47,704 bases of DNA. Origin: a virus. Its lineage: Duplodnaviria > Caudoviricetes. The notes beneath the pieces were generated by a model. That model saw only the letters and a program-made list of their open reading frames with translations, made no database searches and was not told the origin of the DNA. Positions within the stretch are counted from its first letter, which is position 1. The number at the start of each line of letters is the position of its first letter. Positions 17,205-27,651 of this stretch are shown one piece after another. The stretch is from the IMG/VR virus record IMGVR_UViG_3300031965_000049, positions 1 through 47,704 of that record. The stretch is one strand, 5' to 3'. The position numbers were made by a program, and so were the translations under genes.

Positions 17205-17790
17205 AAAAAAACTAACACATACAGAGAGAATTGAAAGAGCGAAACTATTTTCAAAGCTTTTTGTTGATAAAATTCATTTTAGGCGTAACCCAAAAACAAA
17301 CGAGATAAAGGCTGTATTTCAATTTTTCGATAAAACAATTCAGCTATCGACTGGTGATTTTTGCGAAAGTGGTGATAAATATGCGATTAGTAAGCGCGGA
17401 AAACAGGTAAGATCAAAAATCAAAGATATAACAAGTAAAATTATTACTTCAGAGGGTAATCCAGCGAATTTGTATACTTACTTCTCATTGTGGAAAAAAG
17501 GCAAAGAATACAGAAAGAAAGGCCGTGTGATCGAAAAGAAAGCTAGCGTTTCAATCACATTCCGAAATAAAGGGACTCTGTATTTCCGGTATTATTTCAA
17601 CGGCGTGCAAACTATCTTTAATCCGCGTCTTGGTGTTTGTGAATCTGATTTAATGTCAAGTTCTGAGGTACGAAAAGAAGTAACTGACATCCTCCACCAT
17701 TGCCGCACTATAGCCGAGCAAAAGCCGACGCCAGAAGATTTTAAGGATCAGGTATTGACTTATGTGGAAAGAATGCCTATTTTTGTCTAA
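17191..17790 (+). CDS. Basic hypothetical protein, possibly with tandem arm-type DNA-binding domains
   Basis: 199 aa; two beta-strand-like segments (AVFQFFDKTIQLSTG; LYFRYYFNGVQTIFNPRLGV). Confidence 0.6.
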   Translation: MRKDEKKLTHTERIERAKLFSKLFVDKIHFRRNPKTNEIKAVFQFFDKTIQLSTGDFCESGDKYAISKRGKQVRSKIKDITSKIITSEGNPANLYTYFSLWKKGKEYRKKGRVIEKKASVSITFRNKGTLYFRYYFNGVQTIFNPRLGVCESDLMSSSEVRKEVTDILHHCRTIAEQKPTPEDFKDQVLTYVERMPIFV

Positions 17791-17865
17791 AATAAACCCC
17801 AGATGGAACAAAATTTCAGAAGTCAGAATAAAGAAATATGAGATTTTTAAAAACTTTGATTTGTA

Positions 17866-18324
17866 ATGCCCGGAGGAAACAAAAATATAAAACCAAGTGA
17901 TGGCGTACAATTTGGCAAAAGAAACAAGGCCGCCGAAAAATGGACAGAAGATGCCGCTATAATGTTAGGTGATGATTTATTGAATTGGATGCTTGCGGCA
18001 GACGGAAATATTTTTTTTGATGAATTCTTATTCATTGCGTGTGATGAATCAAAATATCCGGGGAAAATTTATCGTGATTTGCTCCGGTATTTATCAAATA
18101 AATTCTCCTCGTTTTCCGAGCGCCTTGAAAAAGCTAAGGAAATTGAAAAATTAAGGCTTAAAAAATTTGGAGCATTTGACAAATTAAACGCAGGAATTGT
18201 GAAGTTTTTGCTTTCGGCTGAATATGGGTTATCTGAGAAAAAAGAAACAGAACACATAGGAAACGTAAGTATAAACATAATTTCAAAATCCGATAAGCTC
18301 AAAGAAAACATAGATAAGATCTAA
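17866..18324 (+). CDS. terS: Terminase small subunit
   Basis: Directly precedes TerL; GKRNKAAEKWT start; KLNAGIVKFLLSAEYGLSEK end. Confidence 0.75.
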   Translation: MPGGNKNIKPSDGVQFGKRNKAAEKWTEDAAIMLGDDLLNWMLAADGNIFFDEFLFIACDESKYPGKIYRDLLRYLSNKFSSFSERLEKAKEIEKLRLKKFGAFDKLNAGIVKFLLSAEYGLSEKKETEHIGNVSINIISKSDKLKENIDKI

Positions 18325-18334
18325 TTAACCTGAG

Positions 18335-19591
18335 ATGGGTTCTACATCACTCGAAATTGAATTCACTGAAAGGCAGGAATCGGCAATAGAGCTAATTGCC
18401 AACAGGCGATTCTCACTATTAAGGGGAGGTAGCCGGAGCGGGAAGACATTCCTAATTGTTGCTGTAATTTTACTCAGGGCTAAGAAGAAAAAATCAAGAC
18501 ATGCAATCCTACGATTCCGGTTTTCACACGTTAAACAATCAGTATGGTATGACACTTTCCCAAAGGTTGCAACGCTATTTGGTATTAAGTACAAAGAGAA
18601 TAAATCAGATTGGTTCATAACGTTAGAAAATGGATCGGAAATTTGGTTCGGAGGTCTTGATGACAAGGATCGGGTTGATAAAATACTCGGGAATGAATAC
18701 TCCACACTTTTTCTTAACGAAGCATCGCAAATCAGCTATGACGCATATACGACAGTTGTATCGCGTCTCGCTGAAAATTCAGGGCTTGAAAACCGGATGA
18801 TTATTGATGAAAACCCACCGACTAAAGCGCATTGGACATATAAGATATTTATTGAAGGGATAGAGCCAGAAACAAAGACACCGCTTCGAAATAAAGAGCA
18901 TTACGGCACAATGCAGGTCAACCCGACTGATAACGTAGATAACTTACCTGACAACTACCTGGAGCTTCTTGAAAACCTTCCGACCGCAAAACGAAGGCGG
19001 TTTTTGAAAGGTGAATTTGCTGATATAGTTGAGGGCGCATATTGGTCAGAAGAAATAATTAATAAATTTAGGGTATTACAGGCACCGCAAATGCAATCAG
19101 TTGTTGTATCAATTGACCCCGCGATATCATCAAATGAAGATTCAGACGAGACGGGCATAACAGTTGAGGGCAAGGGTACAGATGGGCGCGGCTACTTACT
19201 TGAGGATAAATCAGGTGTTTATTCGCCACTTGAATGGGCCATGCTCGCTTGTTCACTGTATCAAAAATGGGATGCCGATATTATTGTTGCTGAAAAAAAT
19301 CAGGGCGGAGAGATGGTTAAACATACGATTAAGGTTTACAATGGAAATATACCGGTAAAGCTTGTCCATGCGAGCAAAGGCAAACTGGCACGCGCTGAAC
19401 CTATATCTGCCTTATACGACGAGGGCAAGATATCGCACGTCGGAGTTTATTCGGACGCAGAAGAGGAGTTGACAACATATACAGGATCGGTCGGTGATAA
19501 GTCACCTAACAGGCTAGACTCGATAGTGTGGGGGTTTACTCATTTATTCCCATCACGGGGAACCCCAGGTGCCCCAATCATATTTAGTTGA
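18335..19591 (+). CDS. terL: Terminase large subunit
   Basis: GGSRSGKT, FLNEASQ, DENPP; nuclease motifs SIDPA, DETGI, EKNQGG, PNRLDS. Confidence 0.95.
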   Translation: MGSTSLEIEFTERQESAIELIANRRFSLLRGGSRSGKTFLIVAVILLRAKKKKSRHAILRFRFSHVKQSVWYDTFPKVATLFGIKYKENKSDWFITLENGSEIWFGGLDDKDRVDKILGNEYSTLFLNEASQISYDAYTTVVSRLAENSGLENRMIIDENPPTKAHWTYKIFIEGIEPETKTPLRNKEHYGTMQVNPTDNVDNLPDNYLELLENLPTAKRRRFLKGEFADIVEGAYWSEEIINKFRVLQAPQMQSVVVSIDPAISSNEDSDETGITVEGKGTDGRGYLLEDKSGVYSPLEWAMLACSLYQKWDADIIVAEKNQGGEMVKHTIKVYNGNIPVKLVHASKGKLARAEPISALYDEGKISHVGVYSDAEEELTTYTGSVGDKSPNRLDSIVWGFTHLFPSRGTPGAPIIFS

Positions 19592-19649
19592 AACATATCT
19601 ATTTGCTTATTGATAATTTATTCATATTTTTGATAAAAATAAAATAAAC

Positions 19650-21320
19650 ATGAAGTTCTCAGGATCGGAAGAAGTCATTGAACTAATCAAAAAAAATCAA
19701 CAAGTCCCGAAATGGGTCCAATCTGCGCGTGAATATCACAAAGAACTAAAAGGTCTTGTGTATGGCGAAGATTTTAAGGATTTACTATTAAAAATTGAAC
19801 ACATTGAGACTGAGAAGCGCGCCAAAGCCCGCCGCAATTTTGCACGACCTATAAAGGATATCAATTCAAAAATTCTTGAACCAATATCAAACGTGTATTC
19901 CGCAACAGGTGGCGGCCGTGAATATAACATAAAATCAAAAGCGATTCTGAATGAGTTTATGCGCAGCATCTCAAATATACGAGGTGGTTTGTCGCTTGAA
20001 AAATGGTTGAATGAATACTGGGCGAAAGACTTACAGATCGTTGACCCATCTGGAATTATATTCATGGAATACACGACAGGGGAAAACTCTAAAACTTATC
20101 CGACCTATAAATCTATTGATTCGATACGGAATTACGAGGCCGATGGTCAGAACCTTGAATGGGTCATATTCGAGCCAAAGCAGGTCATCGGGGGAACCGA
20201 TCGAATATGGCGGGTAGTTGACAAGGACCGTGACTATACAGTCATCCAGCAAGGAGATCACTTTACTGAGGATAAGATAAAAAGCTTTGATCACCCATTT
20301 GGATATGTGCCAGCCCGCATCAATTCAGAAAAAAATAGGTTAGGCGATAAATGCCGATTATCCCTACTTGATGACATCATTGATGCTGAAAAAGAATTCT
20401 TGAGAGATCGATCTATTCTGACTATTCACAAATTTCTCAACGGCTTTGCGACCCCATACCGACCGGCTCTTGTGTGCCCGGACTGTCACGGCACAAAAAA
20501 GAACGGTGATAAAAAATGTGATACGTGTGATGGGAAAGGTTTTTTGCAAAAAGGTGATGTAGTTGATGAGATCATTATCCCTATCGATTTGACAGCTGAA
20601 AATCCGGTAAGTTTACCTACCAATTTTGCTGGATTCATTTCGCCAGACCTTGAGATTTGGAACCAATACAGACAAGAGCAAAAAGCCATTTTTAACGAAA
20701 TGTTTGAGGCTATTTGGGGAACCAGGGAATCAAATGAGGTGAAGGATCAGACGGCAATGGGGCAGATGTTGAATCTTCAACCGCTTGAGGCGAGGTTAAA
20801 CAAAATATCTGACACCGCAGAGAGTCAGGAGCATTTCTTTACTGAGATGGTAGCAAACTTTATGATGCTTGAAAAAAACAAACAAGAATCCATCTCCATT
20901 GTCACATATGGACGAAATTACATTATTCAACCGCCATCCTATTTGCTCAAGCAATATCAGGAGTCGTCAGCCGCAAAAGATAGTTTAACAATCCTTGATC
21001 GAAAGATGAAGGAATATCTGACATCAAAATTTAAAAACGATCCGTCAACTTTAAAGACTGAACTAATTAAAAAACAACTGGAACCGTATATTCATTACGA
21101 CATAGAGCTTGTATCTAAAATATACGGATCTACTGAAGCAATGCGAAAAGGGTTATTTGTTGATTGGTGGGATACACTTACGAGTCCGGATAAACAAAAG
21201 ACTATTCAGCAGCTTGAGGAAATGCAAGATACATGGATGACAGAGAAAATCGAGATCATCAATAATAGGAAGCAGGTGCTACCTATGCCAATCCCAAATC
21301 AGGAAGACCAAACACTATAA
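19650..21320 (+). CDS. Portal protein with a DnaJ-like Zn-finger insertion
   Basis: 556 aa after TerL; HPFGYVPA; CPDCHGT..CDTCDGKG. Confidence 0.8.
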   Translation: MKFSGSEEVIELIKKNQQVPKWVQSAREYHKELKGLVYGEDFKDLLLKIEHIETEKRAKARRNFARPIKDINSKILEPISNVYSATGGGREYNIKSKAILNEFMRSISNIRGGLSLEKWLNEYWAKDLQIVDPSGIIFMEYTTGENSKTYPTYKSIDSIRNYEADGQNLEWVIFEPKQVIGGTDRIWRVVDKDRDYTVIQQGDHFTEDKIKSFDHPFGYVPARINSEKNRLGDKCRLSLLDDIIDAEKEFLRDRSILTIHKFLNGFATPYRPALVCPDCHGTKKNGDKKCDTCDGKGFLQKGDVVDEIIIPIDLTAENPVSLPTNFAGFISPDLEIWNQYRQEQKAIFNEMFEAIWGTRESNEVKDQTAMGQMLNLQPLEARLNKISDTAESQEHFFTEMVANFMMLEKNKQESISIVTYGRNYIIQPPSYLLKQYQESSAAKDSLTILDRKMKEYLTSKFKNDPSTLKTELIKKQLEPYIHYDIELVSKIYGSTEAMRKGLFVDWWDTLTSPDKQKTIQQLEEMQDTWMTEKIEIINNRKQVLPMPIPNQEDQTL

Positions 21321-21353
21321 AAACATATTTAACAATAACTAATAATTAACAAC

Positions 21354-21704
21354 ATGATTGTAGTAGCGAAATTGATTCGATTAGGGAAAAACGGCGATAA
21401 ATTTGACAAAAAACTTATTGCTGAAGAAATGCGCTCAAATGCAAAAATCGAGCGCGATTACGTGGAGCAGTTCAACAAGAATTGGCAGTCACGGGGACAG
21501 ATGTATGTTATTAATGAAGAAGCAACAGCAAAACGCGATGCTGAATTGTCAAAGAAACAATCCGATCCTGAAACACCTGAAAACAACGAGCGCGAGCAGG
21601 TTAAACAACTTGCTGACGATCTTGGTATTGAATATCCTAAAAACATGCCAACTTCACGGTTAAAAGAATTGATTGAGGAAAAATCAAAAGAGACCGAACA
21701 GTAA
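21354..21704 (+). CDS. Hypothetical head-module protein
   Basis: 116 aa; C-terminal ADDLGIEYPKNMPTSRLKELIE helix-extension-helix-like motif. Confidence 0.7.
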   Translation: MIVVAKLIRLGKNGDKFDKKLIAEEMRSNAKIERDYVEQFNKNWQSRGQMYVINEEATAKRDAELSKKQSDPETPENNEREQVKQLADDLGIEYPKNMPTSRLKELIEEKSKETEQ

Positions 21705-21769
21705 ATTTGCATTAAGAGGATATAATAGTAGCAGTTGCATAAAAATAACACAGCAATAAACTTGTAATT

Positions 21770-22594
21770 ATGTCAAAAATTAAATTCAATATCGGCGGGG
21801 TAACAGTCGAGATGGAAAAAGAGCAAGTCTCACAGGCAATTGAGGCGGGAAGCGAAATTAAAATCGAAAATGAAGATCTGGTCATATACAAAAAAGATCA
21901 GCTCGAATCGTTCAAAACAAACCTTTCAGGTGAAGAGTACAAGAAAGGGAAAGCCGCCGGCCTCGAAATGGCGATTAAAGACGGCAAGGAAAAATACGGC
22001 CTTGAATTTGAGGGCAAGACAATTGACAACTTCGCAGAGGCACTTAAAAAGAAGGTGATGGACGATGCTAAGATTGAACCTTCAAAAAAGATTGAAGAAC
22101 TGACAAAAGAGCGTGACGGACTTAAGAAAAACTATCACGAACTGGAGGACAATTTCTCTCAATTCAAAACACAGGTCACAGAAAAAGAGACCCGGGCCAA
22201 AAAAGATACAACCCTTATGGGATTCATTCCGCAAACCGGGTTAAGAGTGAATAAAAACATTACCTTACTCGCTTTAAAAAATCAAGCGGGTATTGATATT
22301 GATTTTGATGAATCAGGCAAAACAGTTATCGTCGAAAATGGGCAGGTGATTAAAGATCCGAAAACTTTTGATCCCGTTGATCCTTCCGCTTTTATCACTG
22401 AGAAATTGAGGTCTATGGAGCTAATTGAGAAACCCGAGGGTGGAAAAGGCGGAAGTGATGAACCAGGTGGCGGAAAGGCGACTGGCTATGAAAAGTTCGT
22501 TAAGGAGATGGAGTCTAAAGGAGTTTCAGAAGGATCAAAAGATTTTCAGCAGGAAATGAACAAACGAGTTTCTGAAAAAACATTGGAAGTGTAA
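21770..22594 (+). CDS. Putative capsid scaffolding protein
   Basis: Charged coiled coil with a Gly-rich linker, upstream of the capsid gene. Confidence 0.7.
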   Translation: MSKIKFNIGGVTVEMEKEQVSQAIEAGSEIKIENEDLVIYKKDQLESFKTNLSGEEYKKGKAAGLEMAIKDGKEKYGLEFEGKTIDNFAEALKKKVMDDAKIEPSKKIEELTKERDGLKKNYHELEDNFSQFKTQVTEKETRAKKDTTLMGFIPQTGLRVNKNITLLALKNQAGIDIDFDESGKTVIVENGQVIKDPKTFDPVDPSAFITEKLRSMELIEKPEGGKGGSDEPGGGKATGYEKFVKEMESKGVSEGSKDFQQEMNKRVSEKTLEV

Positions 22595-22600
22595 TAAACT

Positions 22601-22822
22601 ATGTGCTGGACAGCAGATAAAATAGCACATTACCGAATCGGTTACAAATTTGGCCAATATGGATCAATTGTAGGGTTCCTGATTATTGCATTGATTCTGG
22701 CACTAGGCAAAGAAATCTATGACGCACTAGGTAACGGCACACCGGAATTGAATGACTATAAAGCTGGGGTAATCGGCGCATGGGATGGGATGTGGTTCAA
22801 GACACATGAATTCAAAAAATAA
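22601..22822 (+). CDS. Small membrane protein
   Basis: DKIAH..TM..GKEIYD..D pattern. Confidence 0.65.
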   Translation: MCWTADKIAHYRIGYKFGQYGSIVGFLIIALILALGKEIYDALGNGTPELNDYKAGVIGAWDGMWFKTHEFKK

Positions 22823-22840
22823 TTAAGCAATATAAAATTG

Positions 22841-22873
22841 AAAGGGTAGAAAAATTTTCTACTCTTTTTTTTT
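22841..22873 (+). terminator. Intrinsic terminator
   Basis: aaagggtagaaa-aa-ttttctactcttt followed by a T run. Confidence 0.65.
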
Positions 22874-23040
22874 ATCAATCATTTGTATTTGATATAAAAA
22901 ATGCTATATTCGTGTCGTGCAAGGTATCGCACTATTCTGAAAATACTTTCCGTTAGAGCCCTAAGGTATTTGTGGCGAGGTTGGAAAAGTCATAACGCTG
23001 GTGACAGCATTAAATAAAACCAATTTTTAAACAAATAATA

Positions 23041-24087
23041 ATGGCAAATTTTACCGCAGCAAATTTAGCAAAGTATCAGGCTCGGATCACACAGATGTTC
23101 CAGGCCGGCGAATTGCGTTTTCGCGACGCTGCCGTATTTAATTCATTACGAAGAAGTACGGAGATTATGATCCCTAGCCATCAGGCTATTAAGGATGCCG
23201 CGAAGCGCACGGATGGTGAAGTAAACTACTTCAACCGCAAATCAAGATCCCTCGGAACTTCCGGCGAAACTTACAACCACACCGGAACAAAGGGTGATTC
23301 AAGTGTATTGGTTCCGTCATGGACTCCGTACGATGACAAGTTCTATTATTCATTGAAGCAGGCCAACAAATCTGTTTTTAGCTTGGATGAAGAAATTATG
23401 TCTGAATTGCAGAATGTGAATATTAACTTCGCGGAAGGTCTTGAATCGGCCGCGGCCGCTTTTATTCACGCGAACAGATCGGGTGTGAATGGTTATGCTC
23501 GTCAGGGAACTTTCAATTCGACAAACGATGTATTTGAAATTACCGAAGATGTGACCAACATCCTTGGAACAGGGTATCGTGCCGTCCAAATCATCAAATC
23601 CACTATGGACGCGAACAAATGGCGCGGGATGCAATTAGTTGCTTATTGCGATACCGTTATGTTCGACAAATTACAGGCTCTTGCCGTAAATGGAGCAGGT
23701 AACCAGATCAATTTGAGCTTCCAATTCTCAGGAGTTGAGTTCATTAAATCTGTTGAAATGGATGCGTTGGCCGTTGCACTGGGTTACACTAACGGGTATG
23801 TTGTCGTTGCACCGGAGGGGACATTGGCAACATTGGACTGGATTCCTGAACAAAACCGTCAAGGTATTACCACATCTGTGAACAAATACGGCACATTAAT
23901 CCATCCGTCAACAGGGATTTTGATGGCCACTCACTCATATGAGGATCGTGCTAATGAATCTTCGAACAACTCGGAGAACCAGGATGTGAAAGTTGAAAAT
24001 CAGATTTTCACTTACATTTCCTTCAACCATGCGCCGCTGACTACAGCCGACGAAACCCCGCTATTGGCCTTTGCCTTTGTAGCTTAA
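23041..24087 (+). CDS. Major capsid protein
   Basis: 348 aa; position after the scaffold; composition fits a major structural protein. Confidence 0.75.
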   Translation: MANFTAANLAKYQARITQMFQAGELRFRDAAVFNSLRRSTEIMIPSHQAIKDAAKRTDGEVNYFNRKSRSLGTSGETYNHTGTKGDSSVLVPSWTPYDDKFYYSLKQANKSVFSLDEEIMSELQNVNINFAEGLESAAAAFIHANRSGVNGYARQGTFNSTNDVFEITEDVTNILGTGYRAVQIIKSTMDANKWRGMQLVAYCDTVMFDKLQALAVNGAGNQINLSFQFSGVEFIKSVEMDALAVALGYTNGYVVVAPEGTLATLDWIPEQNRQGITTSVNKYGTLIHPSTGILMATHSYEDRANESSNNSENQDVKVENQIFTYISFNHAPLTTADETPLLAFAFVA

Positions 24088-24097
24088 TTGTATCGAT

Positions 24098-24517
24098 ATG
24101 AAGAAGTATTTAATTATGTTGGGTATGGTGATTGCAGCAATCGCCGCTAACGCGCAAAGGAATAGTGTTATTTCTCTTACTGTCGATACATTACAGGGAG
24201 CCGAAACAGTAAACTTCGATCAAATCACATTCAACGCCGGATATCAGTCACTTGTTATTCAGGCTTTGTGTACTGAATTGGGTGGTACTGCGGATGGTAA
24301 CTTGTGGCTAAATGCCTCAGTCGATGGCACATCGTGGGTAACTGTAAGCGACGCAGCTGGATTGATTAAAGGCTTCCCGAACGATACGCTAACAATCACC
24401 GATGGAGCGGTTTGGGATGTCGTTATTCAGGATGTACCGTTTAAGTATTACAAAGTCGTTGGTAACGGGACTGCATCAGATACGACTAAGGTAACTATCA
24501 AATACATTTACAAGTAG
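24098..24517 (+). CDS. Beta-rich virion-module protein with a signal-peptide-like N-terminus
   Basis: MKKYLIMLGMVIAAIAANA-Q; NASVDGTSW. Confidence 0.7.
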   Translation: MKKYLIMLGMVIAAIAANAQRNSVISLTVDTLQGAETVNFDQITFNAGYQSLVIQALCTELGGTADGNLWLNASVDGTSWVTVSDAAGLIKGFPNDTLTITDGAVWDVVIQDVPFKYYKVVGNGTASDTTKVTIKYIYK

Positions 24518-24545
24518 TTTTCTGAACAAATAATGCTTTGTTAAA

Positions 24546-25610
24546 ATGTTCAATAAAACAAAAGTTATATCGTCTCTAAATGGCTTAGTCGGGTGGACTC
24601 AACCGTTCGACCCGGCTTTGCCTACCTTATCAGCAGCTAATCTGGCCGCAACGTCTGGATATCATTTTAATGAAAATCCCTTTGTGAAGCTTGACATGAT
24701 CAAGGACACACAAGATTTCCCTGGTATCAGTGAGGCTAATTTTAACGTACTTCTGACAAATATTCAGAATAACGCAATCAGTAACATACTGAATAGCGTA
24801 TTCAACGAGTCAGATTACATTGACAGGCAGGTTCTATATCGCCTTGCTAATAACAAAGTCGATTTGGAAGTGTTGCCGGATGGGTTCGTTGGGTATCAGA
24901 TAGAGGTGAATAGAGAAAAAGATTTAGCTTTTGAAATTTCACGGGTCATTTTGGAATTTGCAGGGACAGGCACGATCAAACTTATGCTGTTTAATTCAGC
25001 GAAATCAGGCCCGATTCAAAGTAAGGAGATAACAATAACAAGCTCTTTGCAGGAAGAAGTTTTGAACTGGCGAGTCGATAACACGGAGACATTTTACAAA
25101 GGGAAGTTTTTCCTTGGGTATCTAACTGCTGGCTTGACGGTTACACCATATTTGCGGAATTATCAAGGTGCTAATGTGTTTTCAGATATTGAAGGCATTG
25201 AGATTGATGCAGTAAGCGTATCTGGTCATTCTACAGAAATGATATTCGATCTGACAACATTTGACTATTCGCCGTTATGCTTCGGGCTTAACCCTGACAT
25301 TACCGTTTTTGATGACTTTACGGACCTTATAATTCAGAATAAGTTTTTGTTTTCAAGAGCTATTCAGATGCAGGGGCAAATTGAAGTTCTCAAAGGATAT
25401 ATGGCTTCAAATGTATCGAGTCGGAATGAGCGCATTAGCAAAGAACTGCTGAACAAGATCATCGTTGAATTAGACGGGATCGATGCGGACGTTAAGGTAA
25501 CAGGGCTGAAGCAAAAGCTGTATGGCGAAATTTCGAGAATCAGAAAGGAAGTGAAAAGGTTAAAAGCCGGGTACTTTCCAATGGGCTTCATGGTAAATCA
25601 AAGAGGATGA
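24546..25610 (+). CDS. Putative head-tail connector/structural protein
   Basis: 354 aa; synteny only. Confidence 0.55.
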   Translation: MFNKTKVISSLNGLVGWTQPFDPALPTLSAANLAATSGYHFNENPFVKLDMIKDTQDFPGISEANFNVLLTNIQNNAISNILNSVFNESDYIDRQVLYRLANNKVDLEVLPDGFVGYQIEVNREKDLAFEISRVILEFAGTGTIKLMLFNSAKSGPIQSKEITITSSLQEEVLNWRVDNTETFYKGKFFLGYLTAGLTVTPYLRNYQGANVFSDIEGIEIDAVSVSGHSTEMIFDLTTFDYSPLCFGLNPDITVFDDFTDLIIQNKFLFSRAIQMQGQIEVLKGYMASNVSSRNERISKELLNKIIVELDGIDADVKVTGLKQKLYGEISRIRKEVKRLKAGYFPMGFMVNQRG

Positions 25611-26110
25611 GCAGAGGAATAGACAGACCAATCGACGCGCTGGTTAGCGTTTTTACATCGCATTTATGGGATGGAAAAACTAATGCGTTTTACGGTCGAG
25701 TATTCCGCAATGAAAGAGGGGATAACAACCTTATTTCGCCTGAGATTTGGCAAACAGATGGTAATTACATCGAAGTGCTGAAAGACTACTCGAAAGATGG
25801 TCAATGCTTCTTTGATGTTCAACCAAATATTCCAATTGCTGCTGGCGTAGGTTCGGCTACAATTTGGATTTGTTTCATGTTGAATTTAGACACTGTTTAT
25901 CCAGCATTAACAAGAACTGAGGCAACAGAGCAGGCGCATTATGATACGAAGCGTTTAATCGAAAGCTCACAGTTTGACATTAATGAGCTGATAACTGGGA
26001 TAACCGGATTTGCGGCATATGACTTTGGGGAGATTCCCCAGGCAAAAGCAGACATGTCACCGCATTATTTGTTTCGATACACAACTACAATTGATTACGT
26101 TAACTGTTAA
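25607..26110 (+). CDS. Putative tail completion protein
   Basis: 167 aa before the tail tube candidate; synteny only. Confidence 0.5.
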   Translation: MSRGIDRPIDALVSVFTSHLWDGKTNAFYGRVFRNERGDNNLISPEIWQTDGNYIEVLKDYSKDGQCFFDVQPNIPIAAGVGSATIWICFMLNLDTVYPALTRTEATEQAHYDTKRLIESSQFDINELITGITGFAAYDFGEIPQAKADMSPHYLFRYTTTIDYVNC

Positions 26111-26126
26111 AAAAAAAGAATAAATT

Positions 26127-27017
26127 ATGACTTGTACACCATTTTATAAAAGCGGCCTTTCTGATTGCGATGAGATTGCAAAAAGGGCCAAGGCGTGGTT
26201 GATACTTGACAAAGGGCAAACCTTTACCGATACGCAGATGAAAGCTGTTGCGACGTGGTCTGCCATTATCGCCGGTACTGCGTCGCAGACTGGCATGTAT
26301 CTCCCTTGTACCCGGGGCTATCAGAATAACACCCCGGAACCAACCCGCACGACTTCCAACTTGGGTTATGTTGAAAAGACATTTGACCCTCCGATTCAAC
26401 TTGTTTCAATGCTGAAAGCTTCCTATTGTGACTATCGTACTTTATACGATGCGGATCAAAAGGATTTTGATGCAATCGCGGTTTTGGAAGATGGCAAATT
26501 GTGGCACTCGAAGAACGCCACAGGGGCAAATATCGGATTCCGTGTAAACTTCACAGTTCGTAAAAATGCGGCTTTGACAGACAACAACGCGGAGGCACTG
26601 CCGATTTATCTGGACTTCAATTACATGGAGCAGGTTGACAATGCGTATATCACAACTCCAGAATTCACGGCTATTGACCTTGACAATGCAGTGCCGGTAG
26701 GTCTTAACATCTCGGTAGTTACGGCCTATGCTGCCGGCGATGTTGTTATTAAGGCTACAAAACGTTGTTCAACAGAGCCGTACAATGACCTTGATGCAAC
26801 GACAAACTTTGCTGTCTTAAGTACAGTTACCGATCTTGATGTAGCCGTTACCGCTGTCGATTCAACAAGCAAATCGCTAGGTATTTACACCCTTACAATT
26901 AAAAAGGATGCGTCCGGTACTCCGGCAAACCTGACTGATGATGTTGTGATCCGTGCAATCAACGATGATGGGTCCAACCTTACTCATGTTTCGCAACCGC
27001 TTAATATCACTGTATAA
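26127..27017 (+). CDS. Putative major tail tube protein
   Basis: 296 aa, T/A-rich, beta-rich C-terminus; synteny. Confidence 0.6.
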   Translation: MTCTPFYKSGLSDCDEIAKRAKAWLILDKGQTFTDTQMKAVATWSAIIAGTASQTGMYLPCTRGYQNNTPEPTRTTSNLGYVEKTFDPPIQLVSMLKASYCDYRTLYDADQKDFDAIAVLEDGKLWHSKNATGANIGFRVNFTVRKNAALTDNNAEALPIYLDFNYMEQVDNAYITTPEFTAIDLDNAVPVGLNISVVTAYAAGDVVIKATKRCSTEPYNDLDATTNFAVLSTVTDLDVAVTAVDSTSKSLGIYTLTIKKDASGTPANLTDDVVIRAINDDGSNLTHVSQPLNITV

Positions 27018-27184
27018 TGAAGATAGGAAAGATTGATTTTAGCGACAAACTAAAATCCCTCTCCTGGACTTCATTTAAAAAGTACTATAAGGATGGGGGG
27101 TTTGAAGTAAAAACAGGAAAGACAGCCGAACAAGCTGCGATCCTGTTAGAAATCAAGACCCCGAAAAAATCAAAAGGGGATTAA
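27017..27184 (+). CDS. 55-aa hypothetical protein, below the ORF-track cutoff
   Basis: TAATG-coupled; MKIGKIDFSDKLKSLSW..KKSKGD. Confidence 0.6.
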   Translation: MKIGKIDFSDKLKSLSWTSFKKYYKDGGFEVKTGKTAEQAAILLEIKTPKKSKGD

Positions 27185-27197
27185 TTCCCCTTTTTTT
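27173..27197 (+). terminator. Intrinsic terminator
   Basis: aaagggga-ttaat-tcccctttt followed by a T run. Confidence 0.65.
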
Positions 27198-27204
27198 ATA
27201 CCTT

Positions 27205-27651
27205 ATGAACAGGATTGTAGAAATAGCAAAGAGGTCACAGGCTTACGTTGATAACTACGAAGCGAACGTCGTCAAGATCGTTGAATCAGATCCGGTCAGC
27301 AATCCTATTATTGATCTAAACAGGGAACAACTCATATCGCATAAGGATGCAAATGGTAAGGCATTAACACACGCGGAAACTGGAAAGACAACATTATCAG
27401 CCGCATATGGTAAACGAAAGGGTAAATCAAAACCTGATCTTTTAGATACAGGCGAATTTCAGGATAAAATGTTTCTAACAATGCCCGGAATTGATGAGTA
27501 TTTCATTTCATCAAAAGATTACAAAACTGGATTTCTTGCTAAAAATTACGGTGATATCTTCGGGCTTGCACTAAATTCACAGAAAAAAACACAGCCTAAA
27601 GTTGACAAGGCTATTGTAGATGACTGGAAAAATAAAGTGATAATCAAATGA
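27205..27651 (+). CDS. Putative neck/tail morphogenesis protein
   Basis: PDLLDTGEF..KNYGDIFGL resembles virion morphogenesis proteins. Confidence 0.55.
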   Translation: MNRIVEIAKRSQAYVDNYEANVVKIVESDPVSNPIIDLNREQLISHKDANGKALTHAETGKTTLSAAYGKRKGKSKPDLLDTGEFQDKMFLTMPGIDEYFISSKDYKTGFLAKNYGDIFGLALNSQKKTQPKVDKAIVDDWKNKVIIK

